Part shown: positions 47,948 through 57,137 of the stretch, in pieces
Position numbering within the stretch: position 1 is the first letter of the stretch
Layout of the letters: each line of letters opens with the position of its first letter
NCBI GenBank assembly: GCA_944372505.1
Contig: CALVZK010000001.1
Location: 65,185-129,184 of the forward strand
Length of the DNA stretch: 64,000 bases
Source of the DNA: an uncultured Clostridia bacterium
Lineage (GTDB): Bacteria; Bacillota; Clostridia; Christensenellales; UBA1242
Direction of reading: 5' to 3'
The notes under the pieces: generated by a model
Seen by the model: only the letters and a program-made list of their open reading frames with translations
What the model was told of the DNA's origin: nothing
The model's database searches: none
Made by a program: the position numbers and the translations under genes

Positions 47948-50032
47948 GTGGCTGAATTAGAATTAAATAAAGTTAATAAAAATTATAAACTTCAAAGCAA
48001 AGAAAAATTCCTAGCATTACAAAATATAAATATTTCTTTCGAAAAAGGTGAACTTGTTTCTATAATAGGCGAAAGTGGAAGTGGAAAAAGCACATTGATG
48101 AACATAATTGGAGGTTTAGATTCTGATTATGAAGGTGAAATAAAAATTGACGGAAAAAATTTGAAAAAATTTAAACAAAAGGAATTAGATGATTATAGAA
48201 AGAAAAAAATAGGATTCGTTTTTCAATCTTTTAATTTAATTTCTCATTTATCCGTTTTAGACAATGTTACTTTGGCATTAACCTTATCCAATATAAAAGA
48301 AAGCGAAAAAAGAAAACGTGCTATAGAAATATTGAGCAAATTAGGATTAAAGGAACAAATAAAAAAGAAACCTACCCAATTATCCGGAGGTCAAAAACAA
48401 AGAGTTGCAATAGCTAGAGCCCTTATAAACAATCCTGATATAATTTTAGCAGATGAGCCTACTGGTGCTTTAGATTCAGTTACTACTACTCAAATTCTCG
48501 AAATTTTAAAAAAAATTGCAGATGTTGATAATAAATTAGTAATAATGGTTACTCACTCTGAAAAAGTTGCAAGCGTTTCTTCACGAATTGTAGAAATTTC
48601 AGATGGAAAAATAGTTAAAGATATTGAGAAAAAAGATTATATAAAATTAAAGCAAGAGAAAATGTTAATAGATCAAAATAAAATAATCAAAAATGATAAA
48701 GGGCATTTAACATTTTTTTCTGCACTAAAACTATCCTTCCACAATATGATGGCAAGTAAAACAAAAAACTTTTTAATGGCTTTAGGGGTTTCAATATCTT
48801 TAATTTCTTTAATTTTAATGTTATCCCTTGGAGCTGGTTTGACGGATTATATTAATGATACCGCTTCAAATTATACAAACCCAACAATTGTTTCCATATC
48901 TAAAAGTGGAAAAGATATAAATGGTAATGATTTGGAGGATAATTCTTTTTCCTTTTTCCCGAAAATGTTTGAAGAAAGTGAAATAATGCAAATAACTAAT
49001 GAAATCAATGATTATTTAACTTCACAAAATAATGATTTTAAAATTTTAACCGAAGGCGATAACAAAAATTTATCATATGGTTTTAGTATGCCTACAATAG
49101 GTGCGGGAAATTTATCATTTAAAGATGATAATGGCAATGAAAAAAGTTCTATGATAATGTTTACTTATACCACTCCCCCATATTATTCAAGTGAAAACTT
49201 TTTAACAGATAATAGTTATATGAGTAGCGAAAATGAAATAATGCTTTCAAATGCAGCTGTAAACTTTTTAGGATTAGACAATCCTGAAGATGCAATAGGC
49301 AAACAAGTAACATTAATGATAAATTTGACTTTTAATAATCAAAATATACAAATAAATAAAACAGTAACAATATCAGCAATTATAGATGTTTCATTATTCT
49401 CTAATATGATGGTTATGTATGTCGATTATAACTTTTTAAATAATTGCGTAAAAGATGCCCAATACTCTTCTGGATTTGAAATTACAGGATTAAAACCATC
49501 TCAACTTTATATTCAAACAGATAGTGAAAAAACAACTAATCAAATCAATAATTACATTAATAAAAATAGGTTAGACTTAACTGGTTCAGTAGAAGAACAG
49601 CTTGCATCAATGTTTGGAGAAATGATGTCAACATTTTCAATTGGTCTGGCAATAATTTCAGGAATATCATTAATTGTTGCATTAATTATGATTTTAGTTG
49701 TACTTTATATGAGTGTAGCTGAAAGAACTAAAGAAATAGGAGTTTTGAAAAGTATAGGGGCTCGTAAAAAAGATATAAAATTAATTTTTAGTACAGAAAG
49801 TCTATTAATAGGTATTTTAAGCGGAATTGTTGGTATAATTTTCTCATTAATCATTGGTGGTGTTTTAATTATAGTATTAAAGTCGATATTAGGATTTGCT
49901 CCATTGTCAATGAATTGGTATTTCTTCTTAATAGCAATAGGATTAAGCACAATAATTAGTTTACTTGCCGGTTTGTATCCTGCATCAAAAGCAGCAAAAT
50001 TAGACCCTGTAGAATCTTTGCGACATGAATAA
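47948..50032 (+). CDS. MacB-like fused ABC ATPase-FtsX permease
   Basis: The N-terminal ATPase has GESGSGKST, LSGGQKQR and ILADEPTGALD. A large extracytoplasmic domain is followed by a C-terminal FtsX 4-TM module. It has a GTG start after AGGAGG. Confidence 0.88.
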   Translation: MAELELNKVNKNYKLQSKEKFLALQNINISFEKGELVSIIGESGSGKSTLMNIIGGLDSDYEGEIKIDGKNLKKFKQKELDDYRKKKIGFVFQSFNLISHLSVLDNVTLALTLSNIKESEKRKRAIEILSKLGLKEQIKKKPTQLSGGQKQRVAIARALINNPDIILADEPTGALDSVTTTQILEILKKIADVDNKLVIMVTHSEKVASVSSRIVEISDGKIVKDIEKKDYIKLKQEKMLIDQNKIIKNDKGHLTFFSALKLSFHNMMASKTKNFLMALGVSISLISLILMLSLGAGLTDYINDTASNYTNPTIVSISKSGKDINGNDLEDNSFSFFPKMFEESEIMQITNEINDYLTSQNNDFKILTEGDNKNLSYGFSMPTIGAGNLSFKDDNGNEKSSMIMFTYTTPPYYSSENFLTDNSYMSSENEIMLSNAAVNFLGLDNPEDAIGKQVTLMINLTFNNQNIQINKTVTISAIIDVSLFSNMMVMYVDYNFLNNCVKDAQYSSGFEITGLKPSQLYIQTDSEKTTNQINNYINKNRLDLTGSVEEQLASMFGEMMSTFSIGLAIISGISLIVALIMILVVLYMSVAERTKEIGVLKSIGARKKDIKLIFSTESLLIGILSGIVGIIFSLIIGGVLIIVLKSILGFAPLSMNWYFFLIAIGLSTIISLLAGLYPASKAAKLDPVESLRHE

Positions 50033-50060
50033 AAAAAAGAAGGATCTTCCTTCTTTTTTA
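50031..50060. terminator. bidirectional intrinsic terminator
   Basis: AAAAAAAA-GAAGGA-TCT-TCCTTC-TTTTTTATTT lies between convergent genes. Confidence 0.7.
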
Positions 50061-50074
50061 TTTATGTATTTTAA

Positions 50075-50590
50075 TTATTTTTTTGAAAATTTAATTGCTA
50101 AAATTGTAGTTAAAATAGTAAACACACTAATAACTAAATTTACAATTACTGCCCAACCTACCGAAAGTCCAGCAGAATATCCGCTTATACTTAAAGAATT
50201 ATCATTCGCTTCAGCTATTGTACAGAATAATGATATTGCTGCAAAAACAACAATTGCTAGGGCTAAAATAACATTAATAAAATTGACAAATTTGTATGCT
50301 TTTGATTTTTTTATGCCTCCTAAACTTACTATAAGACAATATATAGAAGTTAATATTAATAGTCCTGCAAGAATAGCAACTAGTAAATTTGAAAGAGCCA
50401 TCATAACTTCTGTACCATTTCCATCGAAATAATTTTTAATAATATCATATCCGTTAGAAGCAGAAGTATTATCTTTCCCAAAAGGCGACTCCACTTTAAA
50501 TGTTAAATATGCCTGCGACAAAAAAACATAAAGTAAAACACCAATTATAATATTGAATAAATACATTAAATTTAGTTTTAAATTTTTCAT
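50075..50590 (-). CDS. hypothetical membrane protein (about 4 TM helices)
   Basis: 171 aa with SD AAGGAGGG and its own promoter. No family recognised. Confidence 0.55.
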   Translation of the reverse strand: MKNLKLNLMYLFNIIIGVLLYVFLSQAYLTFKVESPFGKDNTSASNGYDIIKNYFDGNGTEVMMALSNLLVAILAGLLILTSIYCLIVSLGGIKKSKAYKFVNFINVILALAIVVFAAISLFCTIAEANDNSLSISGYSAGLSVGWAVIVNLVISVFTILTTILAIKFSKK

Positions 50591-50607
50591 TTTCCCTCCT
50601 TAATTAT

Positions 50608-50637
50608 ATTGTAAACAAAATTAAGACTTCTTGTCAA
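50608..50637 (-). promoter_or_regulatory. sigma-A promoter (TTGACA-18-TACAAT)
   Basis: The minus strand reads agTTGACAagaagtcttaattttgttTACAAT, upstream of the 50075-50590 ORF. Confidence 0.55.
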
Positions 50638-50681
50638 CTAATTGTTAATAAAATTGTTTTATATTTAATAATAAATATCAT

Positions 50682-50713
50682 AAAAAAAACAAACATTAAA
50701 TGTTCGTTTTTTT
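50682..50713 (-). terminator. intrinsic terminator after the NfeD-SPFH operon
   Basis: On the minus strand, AAAAAAACGAACATT-TAATGTTTGTTTTTTTT forms a hairpin (one mismatch) with a T-run. Confidence 0.6.
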
Positions 50714-50720
50714 AATTATA

Positions 50721-51710
50721 TTAATTTTCTTCAGGTTTTGTTTCTTCATTTTCAGAATTTAATACAATTTCTTTACTGGTCGATTTATTTTTCTTATTAG
50801 TTCTCGTTTTAGAACCATCATTTTTAATAACTTCTGCAATACTTGTAAACAATCCTGCTACATTTTGAATATCACTAGGAACTATTATCTTCGTAGCATT
50901 TCCGTTTGCTAAAACTTTTAACGCTTCAAAACCCTGCAATGTAACATATGATGCATCAGGATTAGCTGCATTAATAAGATTAATCGCGTGACTTTCTCCT
51001 TCAGCAATAGCAATTAAAGATTCTTTTTGCGCTTGAGCAGCTAAAATTTTAGCGGTTTTATCTGCTTCAGCTTTTAAAATTTTGGCTTGTTTTTCTCCTT
51101 CTGCAACTAATATACTTGACTTTTTTTCTCCTTCTGCCCTTAAAATTTGCTCTCTTCTTTCTCTTTCAGCTTTCATCTGCTTATCCATTGCGTCTTGTAT
51201 GTCTTTTGGAGGAAGAATGTTTTTAAGTTCTACTCTATTAATTTTAATGCCCCAAGGATCAGTTGCTTCATCTAAAATAACTCTCATTTTGTTATTGACA
51301 GTATCTCTAGAAGTTAATGTTTCATCTAATTCAAGTTCTCCCACAATATTTCTTAATGTTGTAGCAGTCAGATTTTCAATTGCTCTAATTGGTTGATCTA
51401 CTCCATAAGTAAATAATTTAGCATCTGTTATTTGAAAATATACTACAGTGTCTATTTGCATAGTTACATTATCTTTGGTAATAACTGGTTGAGGTTTAAA
51501 ATCAGCTACTATTTCTTTAAGTGAGATAGGTTTACCTGTCCTATCGAAAAAAGGCAATATCACGTGTATTCCCACATCCAAAGTTTTTCTATATTTGCCT
51601 AATCTTTCAACAACTACAGCCGTCGCTTGTCTAACAATTCTGACTGAAATACATAAGCAAACTAATAAAACTACACCTAATATAATTAAAACAATTGCCC
51701 AAGCACTCAT
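50721..51710 (-). CDS. SPFH/band-7 (stomatin/prohibitin-like) protein
   Basis: It has an N-terminal TM helix, an SPFH core (VDTVVYFQI, LR..IG...LDE.L..R) and a coiled-coil AEGEKQAKILKAEA repeat region. Confidence 0.9.
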   Translation of the reverse strand: MSAWAIVLIILGVVLLVCLCISVRIVRQATAVVVERLGKYRKTLDVGIHVILPFFDRTGKPISLKEIVADFKPQPVITKDNVTMQIDTVVYFQITDAKLFTYGVDQPIRAIENLTATTLRNIVGELELDETLTSRDTVNNKMRVILDEATDPWGIKINRVELKNILPPKDIQDAMDKQMKAERERREQILRAEGEKKSSILVAEGEKQAKILKAEADKTAKILAAQAQKESLIAIAEGESHAINLINAANPDASYVTLQGFEALKVLANGNATKIIVPSDIQNVAGLFTSIAEVIKNDGSKTRTNKKNKSTSKEIVLNSENEETKPEEN

Positions 51711-51713
51711 TTT

Positions 51714-52241
51714 CTATTCCTCCTTTGAACTTTCTTCTATTTTATTTTCTTCTTGAATTATCGTATCTTTTTTTTCTTCTACACTTTTAGTTTCAGACTG
51801 AATGTCAGATTTTTGTTTTACTAACATTTTATTTCCATCAACTTTAACAATTTCAACCAAACTACCCTTTTTGATAAGATTCCCATCAAAACTTGATGCA
51901 GTCCAAATTACATCATTTATTTTAATTGACCCATTTTTTTCAAAATCAGTATCCTCAAGTAGCCTATACTCTTTCCCTACAAATGAATCAATATTTGTTT
52001 TTGCTTTCATATTCTTAAATAATAATTTTTGTGCATACTTTCTTACAAAAATTATTAGTAATGCCGAAACGACCACAAAAACTGCTATTTGAATTTCGAT
52101 TTCAATCCCTCCTATACCAGCTAGAATAAACGGAATAATAGCTCCTGCAGTAAACCAAATTGAAACCAATTCAAACGTAACCATCTCAATAATGGCAGAT
52201 ACTACAATTACCGCCAACCATACCCAAAACATTGTTTCCAT
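51714..52241 (-). CDS. NfeD family membrane protein
   Basis: It has about 3 TM helices followed by a C-terminal OB domain (GSIKINDVIWTASS...GSLVEIVKVDGNKMLV). It lies directly upstream of the SPFH gene. Confidence 0.8.
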   Translation of the reverse strand: METMFWVWLAVIVVSAIIEMVTFELVSIWFTAGAIIPFILAGIGGIEIEIQIAVFVVVSALLIIFVRKYAQKLLFKNMKAKTNIDSFVGKEYRLLEDTDFEKNGSIKINDVIWTASSFDGNLIKKGSLVEIVKVDGNKMLVKQKSDIQSETKSVEEKKDTIIQEENKIEESSKEE

Positions 52242-52289
52242 AAAACCACCTTTCTACTTTATTATATATTAATATTATTTACATTATGA

Positions 52290-52318
52290 ATTATATCATA
52301 TGTATAAATTTTTGTCAA
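52290..52318 (-). promoter_or_regulatory. sigma-A promoter of nfeD-SPFH (TTGACA-17-TATAAT)
   Basis: The minus strand reads agTTGACAaaaatttatacatatgaTATAAT. Confidence 0.6.
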
Positions 52319-52387
52319 CTGAATACTATTTCGTATTTGATAAAAAATACGAATTTAAAAAAGCAATAAAAAATTTGTATAAAACAG

Positions 52388-52416
52388 TTGATTTTTTTAA
52401 TTTTTTTTGATATATT
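52388..52416 (+). promoter_or_regulatory. sigma-A promoter of the Gly-Cys-Leu tRNA operon (TTGATT-17-TATATT with TGn extension)
   Basis: TTGATTtttttaattttttTTGaTATATT lies about 47 nt upstream of tRNA-Gly. Confidence 0.5.
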
Positions 52417-52463
52417 ATTAGAGCAAACTATTAATCAATGCATATAAATATTTATAAGAACTT

Positions 52464-52538
52464 GCGGGAGTGGCTCAGTGGTAGAGCGTTGCCTTGCCAA
52501 GGCAAATGTCGCGGGTCCGAATCCCGTCTTCCGCTCCA
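52464..52538 (+). tRNA. tRNA-Gly (GCC)
   Basis: GCGGGAGTGGCTCAGTGGTAGAGCGTTGCCTTGCCAAGGCAAATGTCGCGGGTCCGAATCCCGTCTTCCGCTCCA. The anticodon loop is TTGCCAA. Confidence 0.93.
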
Positions 52539-52541
52539 AAT

Positions 52542-52616
52542 GGTACCATCGCCAAGTGGTAAGGCCAAGGTCTGCAAAACCTTTATTCCCCGGTTCAAAT
52601 CCGGGTGGTACCTCCA
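52542..52616 (+). tRNA. tRNA-Cys (GCA)
   Basis: GGTACCATCGCCAAGTGGTAAGGCCAAGGTCTGCAAAACCTTTATTCCCCGGTTCAAATCCGGGTGGTACCTCCA. The anticodon loop is CTGCAAA and the discriminator is U73. Confidence 0.92.
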
Positions 52617-52692
52617 ACACAACATCGGCGACGACAAAAAGTCGCCTTTACATATGTTATAAAGGGTAAATGCAAGACAAGCCTTAATATAT

Positions 52693-52778
<86 letters not shown>

Positions 52779-52820
52779 AAAAATCCATGGTAATATAACC
52801 ATGGATTTTTTTATTTTTTT
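52779..52820. terminator. bidirectional intrinsic terminator (tRNA operon / merR-like gene)
   Basis: AAAAATCCATGG-TAATATAA-CCATGGATTTTTTTATTTTTTT. Confidence 0.8.
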
Positions 52821-52846
52821 CACAATTTATTCAAAATTTTATTATA

Positions 52847-53995
52847 TTATTTAATTGTTCTTTTATAGACAAAAATATTGTTATTTAAATCATCAAATAA
52901 ATCAATATCAACAAACAAAAAATTTTCATTATTAATCGTTTTTTCTATGATTCTATGCCTTTCCTTTAAAAAAGGATTATAAATAAATATTTCATCACTA
53001 TTGTATACATATAATTCCATTTTAGCATTATCATGATTATAAATTGTAGTTTTTTTATTCCCTTTTATCGTATAACTATCCCCTTCTTTTATAACACCAA
53101 CACATTTACCTTTAATATTTAATTCACTGAACATCGGATACATTATAGGTTTATTACAATCTTTATTTTCTTCTTTTCCTAAATATGAAAATAATTGACT
53201 CTCTTCTATAGAATCATACAATTCCCAAGTTCCATCTAAATGATTGTCATAACAAAAATTGTTATCTGGTTTATCAAAAACTTTTCTATATATATTTTGA
53301 CTTATCAATTTTTTTAACTCATCTAAAGAATATTCATAATCATTAACTTTCTTGTAAACATGATATTCAATATTTTTTTGTTCATTATTTTCTAAACTTT
53401 CATAAAGAATAAATGCTCGGTTAAAATTAAGCAATAAGAAATCATAATGTTTATTATTCAAAAATAATGATAAATCATTAATTTGAATAATGCTATTTAA
53501 ATCTGTTCCCATACCTTGATTACTAAAAATCAAATTTTTTGGCATTTCCTTATTTTGAACACCAATTTTGTAAACGTTAATAGCATCATTAAAGTTTGTA
53601 GTAGTTTTATGGTAAATCCATTTCCCTTGTATAACTTGATTTTGTGGTAAAATTTCTTCTATTTTACCGATGTTAAATTTTTCTTTCATAATATCCTCCT
53701 CTTTCAATTTAGTAAGGAAAGAAATATTATCAAATAAAAATTTCATTTGTTGTTCAATATCCAACAATTGCTTTTCTATTATTTCTTTTGAAAAATTTAA
53801 TATGTCTTTGATTTTAAATCCAAAACTTTGTAAAAAACGAATACATAATAATTGCTTTAAATTTTTATTACTATAATATCTATACCCGTTTTCCTTATTA
53901 ACATAATCTGGTACTAATAGGCCTATTTTATCATACCAAATTAATGCTTTAGTATTTACTTTTGTAATCTTGCTAAATTTCCCAATAGAAAACAT
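52847..53995 (-). CDS. MerR family regulator with an unrecognised ~270-aa C-terminal effector region
   Basis: The N-terminal HTH is FSIGKFSKITKVNTKALIWYDKIGLLVPDYVNKENGYRYYS, followed by a coiled-coil linker. The C-terminus contains two similar modules (QGKWIYHK... and DGTWELYD...). Confidence 0.8.
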   Translation of the reverse strand: MFSIGKFSKITKVNTKALIWYDKIGLLVPDYVNKENGYRYYSNKNLKQLLCIRFLQSFGFKIKDILNFSKEIIEKQLLDIEQQMKFLFDNISFLTKLKEEDIMKEKFNIGKIEEILPQNQVIQGKWIYHKTTTNFNDAINVYKIGVQNKEMPKNLIFSNQGMGTDLNSIIQINDLSLFLNNKHYDFLLLNFNRAFILYESLENNEQKNIEYHVYKKVNDYEYSLDELKKLISQNIYRKVFDKPDNNFCYDNHLDGTWELYDSIEESQLFSYLGKEENKDCNKPIMYPMFSELNIKGKCVGVIKEGDSYTIKGNKKTTIYNHDNAKMELYVYNSDEIFIYNPFLKERHRIIEKTINNENFLFVDIDLFDDLNNNIFVYKRTIK

Positions 53996-54010
53996 ATTTC
54001 CTCCTTACAT

Positions 54011-54046
54011 CTTGAGAATATCATTATAGTTAACTATAAACTCAAG
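54011..54046 (-). promoter_or_regulatory. MerR-type promoter: TTGAGT-19 bp-TATTCT with palindromes in and around the long spacer
   Basis: The minus strand reads cTTGAGTt-TATAGTTAACTATA-atgaTATTCTCAAG. The perfect 14-bp palindrome lies at 54025-54038, and the outer inverted repeat CTTGAG/CTCAAG at 54011-54016 and 54041-54046. Confidence 0.55.
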
Positions 54047-54063
54047 CGAAAATTAAATTTTTT

Positions 54064-55368
54064 TTATTTTTTTAATATTTCCATACAAACTCCTTGAGAT
54101 ATTTCAATAAAATTATTTTTCATATAAAAGCTTTCCAAATATGTATACTTTTCTGTAACCAAATAAAATCCTTCAATCCCTAATTTACGTTCTCTTGAAA
54201 TAACTTCATTTATCAATTTTGAAGCGACACCTTTTCTTCTATAATTTTCCAATGTTGTAATTTGACATAAAAAAGCGTTAGTCCCATTTTTAAATATAAA
54301 AAGTAATGCGATTGGTTTGTTATCTAAAAATGCGAGATATGGTGTAGCATTATATTTTTTAAGATTTTCTTCTGTTAAATATGTTTCATAATTTTCAGTA
54401 TAATCATCATCAAATTTATAAACTGCGTCTCCATTTTGATGAACAAATCCTTTTTGAAAAATCGTAATTATTTCTTTTTTATAATTAATATCTACTGGTT
54501 TTATAGTGATATTCTTTAATAAACATTTTTTTGTTTTTAAATTAACACCATCTCTTAATTTCATCCAAACATCTCTAAATAATAACTTATTCTCTCTTGC
54601 AGTTTCTATTATAAACTGAATATTATCATTATTAATGGATTGAAAATAAATTGCAGGTATTCTTTTATTTGATATCATTGTTTTATTAGTATAATTTAAA
54701 TACTGCTTATAATTTAAGGGATTCTTAACATAAACAAAATTATTAAACACATCTTTTACCGCAAAAGAAATAATAGTGGCCTTATCCTCATCTTCCTCAA
54801 CTTGTATTTTATAAAAGTTTGATATAGTATTATAAAAATATATTACAATATCATCAATTTTATTTTTTATATCAAATTTTACAATTGAAATAAAAGAAGA
54901 TATTAATAAAATAACTTCACTAATAGAACCTACATATGCACTTACTAAAATATTATATGTAATAAGTAAAATTGAGGAAATAAAATATCCCATTCTTAAA
55001 ATCTTCATGCTATCTTGCCAAGTCGTATAAGTAAGCATACATAAATTTATAAGCATAAAAAGATCTAAATAATCCTTCCATAATATGATAGAAGTTAATA
55101 CCAAGGCGACTTCAAATACTACCATAACCCAAATATTAGGTTTGATATTTTTATAAGCATAAATGTAATAAATAAAAGTACGAATACTGGCAATACCTAC
55201 CAATATTAAACTTAACCATCTGTTTAATAATGCATAAGTTGCCATCATGGAAAAATTAGAAATTGTGAACCATATTAAAGTTCTAAATTTTTCCTTCTGA
55301 AAAAGTGCAAAAATTGTTGTTATTATAGTGACAACACTGATAATTTGTGCAATATAAAAATAACTCAC
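54064..55368 (-). CDS. fusion protein: YgjV-like 5-TM membrane domain + linker domain + C-terminal GNAT acetyltransferase
   Basis: The N-terminal ~165 aa are hydrophobic and YgjV-like. The C-terminal segment is GNAT motif A, QITTLENYRRKGVASKLINEVI. It has a GTG start after AGGAGG. Confidence 0.6.
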   Translation of the reverse strand: MSYFYIAQIISVVTIITTIFALFQKEKFRTLIWFTISNFSMMATYALLNRWLSLILVGIASIRTFIYYIYAYKNIKPNIWVMVVFEVALVLTSIILWKDYLDLFMLINLCMLTYTTWQDSMKILRMGYFISSILLITYNILVSAYVGSISEVILLISSFISIVKFDIKNKIDDIVIYFYNTISNFYKIQVEEDEDKATIISFAVKDVFNNFVYVKNPLNYKQYLNYTNKTMISNKRIPAIYFQSINNDNIQFIIETARENKLLFRDVWMKLRDGVNLKTKKCLLKNITIKPVDINYKKEIITIFQKGFVHQNGDAVYKFDDDYTENYETYLTEENLKKYNATPYLAFLDNKPIALLFIFKNGTNAFLCQITTLENYRRKGVASKLINEVISRERKLGIEGFYLVTEKYTYLESFYMKNNFIEISQGVCMEILKK

Positions 55369-55397
55369 TATATCCTCCTTATAAGTATTTTATAGCA

Positions 55398-57137
55398 TTA
55401 TAAAATCTTACACCTTTCATTACAGCAAATATAAATAACTTGATAACTTTTACAAATATAATTAACAATCTCTTTTGCACAGTCGAACATATTATCATCT
55501 AAATTTACAAAAGTATCATCTAAAACTATAAAAGGCTTACTTTCTTTAAAAATTTTTTCTATTAAACTTAATCTTTGACAAAAGGATATTATATCTTTTA
55601 TCCCCTGACTTTCATATTCAAAAGATTTAAGCCCTTGTGGTGATTGCTTATAAATTTGAAAATTGTTAGTAACAATAAAATTTTTATCCTCTATTTTAAA
55701 TTTATCAAATATATTTTTAAAGTTTTCGTTTAGTTCGCTAATATATCTTTGAGAAACATTATCCCTTGCGATCTCTAAAAAGTTAATAGTTTTTTCAATT
55801 AATTCTATCCTAGAAAAATCATTTTCTCTATCCTGAGTTGAGTTATTAAGAACTTGTTGAAAATAATCAATTTTTTCAAAGATATCTTCTTTTTTTTGCA
55901 TCAGAATTTCCAATTCTTTATTAAAACCACTTAAAACAATTTCTGAATTTTTCAACTCAATTAACGATGAATTAATATCAATATGTTCTGGTGAGATAAA
56001 TTCATCAGATTCATCTTTAATTTTTTCTAAACTCTCGTGCTCTTTTTTTGCCTTATTAATTTCTACTAATAAATTTTTAATATTAATATTTTTAAAATTT
56101 TTAGTCTTTAAATTAAGTAATTTAAAGAAATAGCAACAAAAAAATATTAAGAACGCTAAAACTATACCTATACTAGTTCCGCCAATTATCCAATTTATTT
56201 TGTCAAAAACAGAAAAGATGATTACCATAATTAAAAATAAAATACATACTACAATGCCAATCCCTAAAATTTTTAATTTTTGATTCGTCTTTGAATCGTT
56301 TATATTTTGAGTTACACATAAATATTTATCGTTCAAATCTTTTAACTTTTTGCTTGATTCAATTAACTTCTGATTGATTAATTCTTTTTGTAAATAATTT
56401 TCATTATTTTTTTCCAATTTTTTCTTTTCATTTTCATAAGTATCATTTAAATCAACGATTTTTCTTAATTCTTCCTCCCTTTTTCTTTCAATATCTTTGA
56501 TCTTATTTTCTGTTTGTAATAAATTCGCATTGTTATTAAGTAATTCACTCTTATAGTATTCTAATTGTTCTTTTTTCACAGAATTACGTTTAATATAATT
56601 TTTTTTATCTTTTAAACTTTTTAAAGCATTCTCAATTTTTGCTAAATCATCTTGATATTTATTTGCTCCAGTTAAAGATGCTGTGATATTGTTGTTTATT
56701 TCACTTTTGTAATTTAATTGTGGGAAAAAAGCTGTCATAACAAAAGAATCTACACCTACACCAAAGATTTGTTCCCCTAATGGAATTTTTTCAATTTTTT
56801 CTATTTTACTAGTATTTAAATTTAGCAATTCATAACTATCATCTTCTGGCACTTTGCCAAATAATCTAGTTACCCTATATATAATGCCATTATCTTCAAA
56901 TTCAATATATCCACCAAAATTACCTCCTTGCCAAGGCGCAAATCTAGTTCGTTCATATTTAATTTCATCTCCGCGACTTTTTGCAGGAAGTCCATAAAAC
57001 ATTGATTTTATAAATATAGATAAGGTAGTTTTTCCCCAACCATTATTATTTTTAATTTGATTTATTCCATCTTTTAAAGTTAAATCAAAATTGTGCAATT
57101 TCCCAAAATTCTCTATATGTAATTTAATGATTTTCAT
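55398..57137 (-). CDS. SMC/SbcC-like ATPase of the YhaN type, with two central TM helices
   Basis: The N-terminal region is ENFGKL...NNNGWGKTT (Walker A) ...PWQGGNFGGYIEF. This is followed by coiled coil, two hydrophobic helices (ILGIGIVVCILFLIMVIIFSVF, IGGTSIGIVLAFLIFFCCYFF), more coiled coil and a C-terminal SQG...PFIVLDD (Walker B). Confidence 0.75.
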   Translation of the reverse strand: MKIIKLHIENFGKLHNFDLTLKDGINQIKNNNGWGKTTLSIFIKSMFYGLPAKSRGDEIKYERTRFAPWQGGNFGGYIEFEDNGIIYRVTRLFGKVPEDDSYELLNLNTSKIEKIEKIPLGEQIFGVGVDSFVMTAFFPQLNYKSEINNNITASLTGANKYQDDLAKIENALKSLKDKKNYIKRNSVKKEQLEYYKSELLNNNANLLQTENKIKDIERKREEELRKIVDLNDTYENEKKKLEKNNENYLQKELINQKLIESSKKLKDLNDKYLCVTQNINDSKTNQKLKILGIGIVVCILFLIMVIIFSVFDKINWIIGGTSIGIVLAFLIFFCCYFFKLLNLKTKNFKNINIKNLLVEINKAKKEHESLEKIKDESDEFISPEHIDINSSLIELKNSEIVLSGFNKELEILMQKKEDIFEKIDYFQQVLNNSTQDRENDFSRIELIEKTINFLEIARDNVSQRYISELNENFKNIFDKFKIEDKNFIVTNNFQIYKQSPQGLKSFEYESQGIKDIISFCQRLSLIEKIFKESKPFIVLDDTFVNLDDNMFDCAKEIVNYICKSYQVIYICCNERCKIL

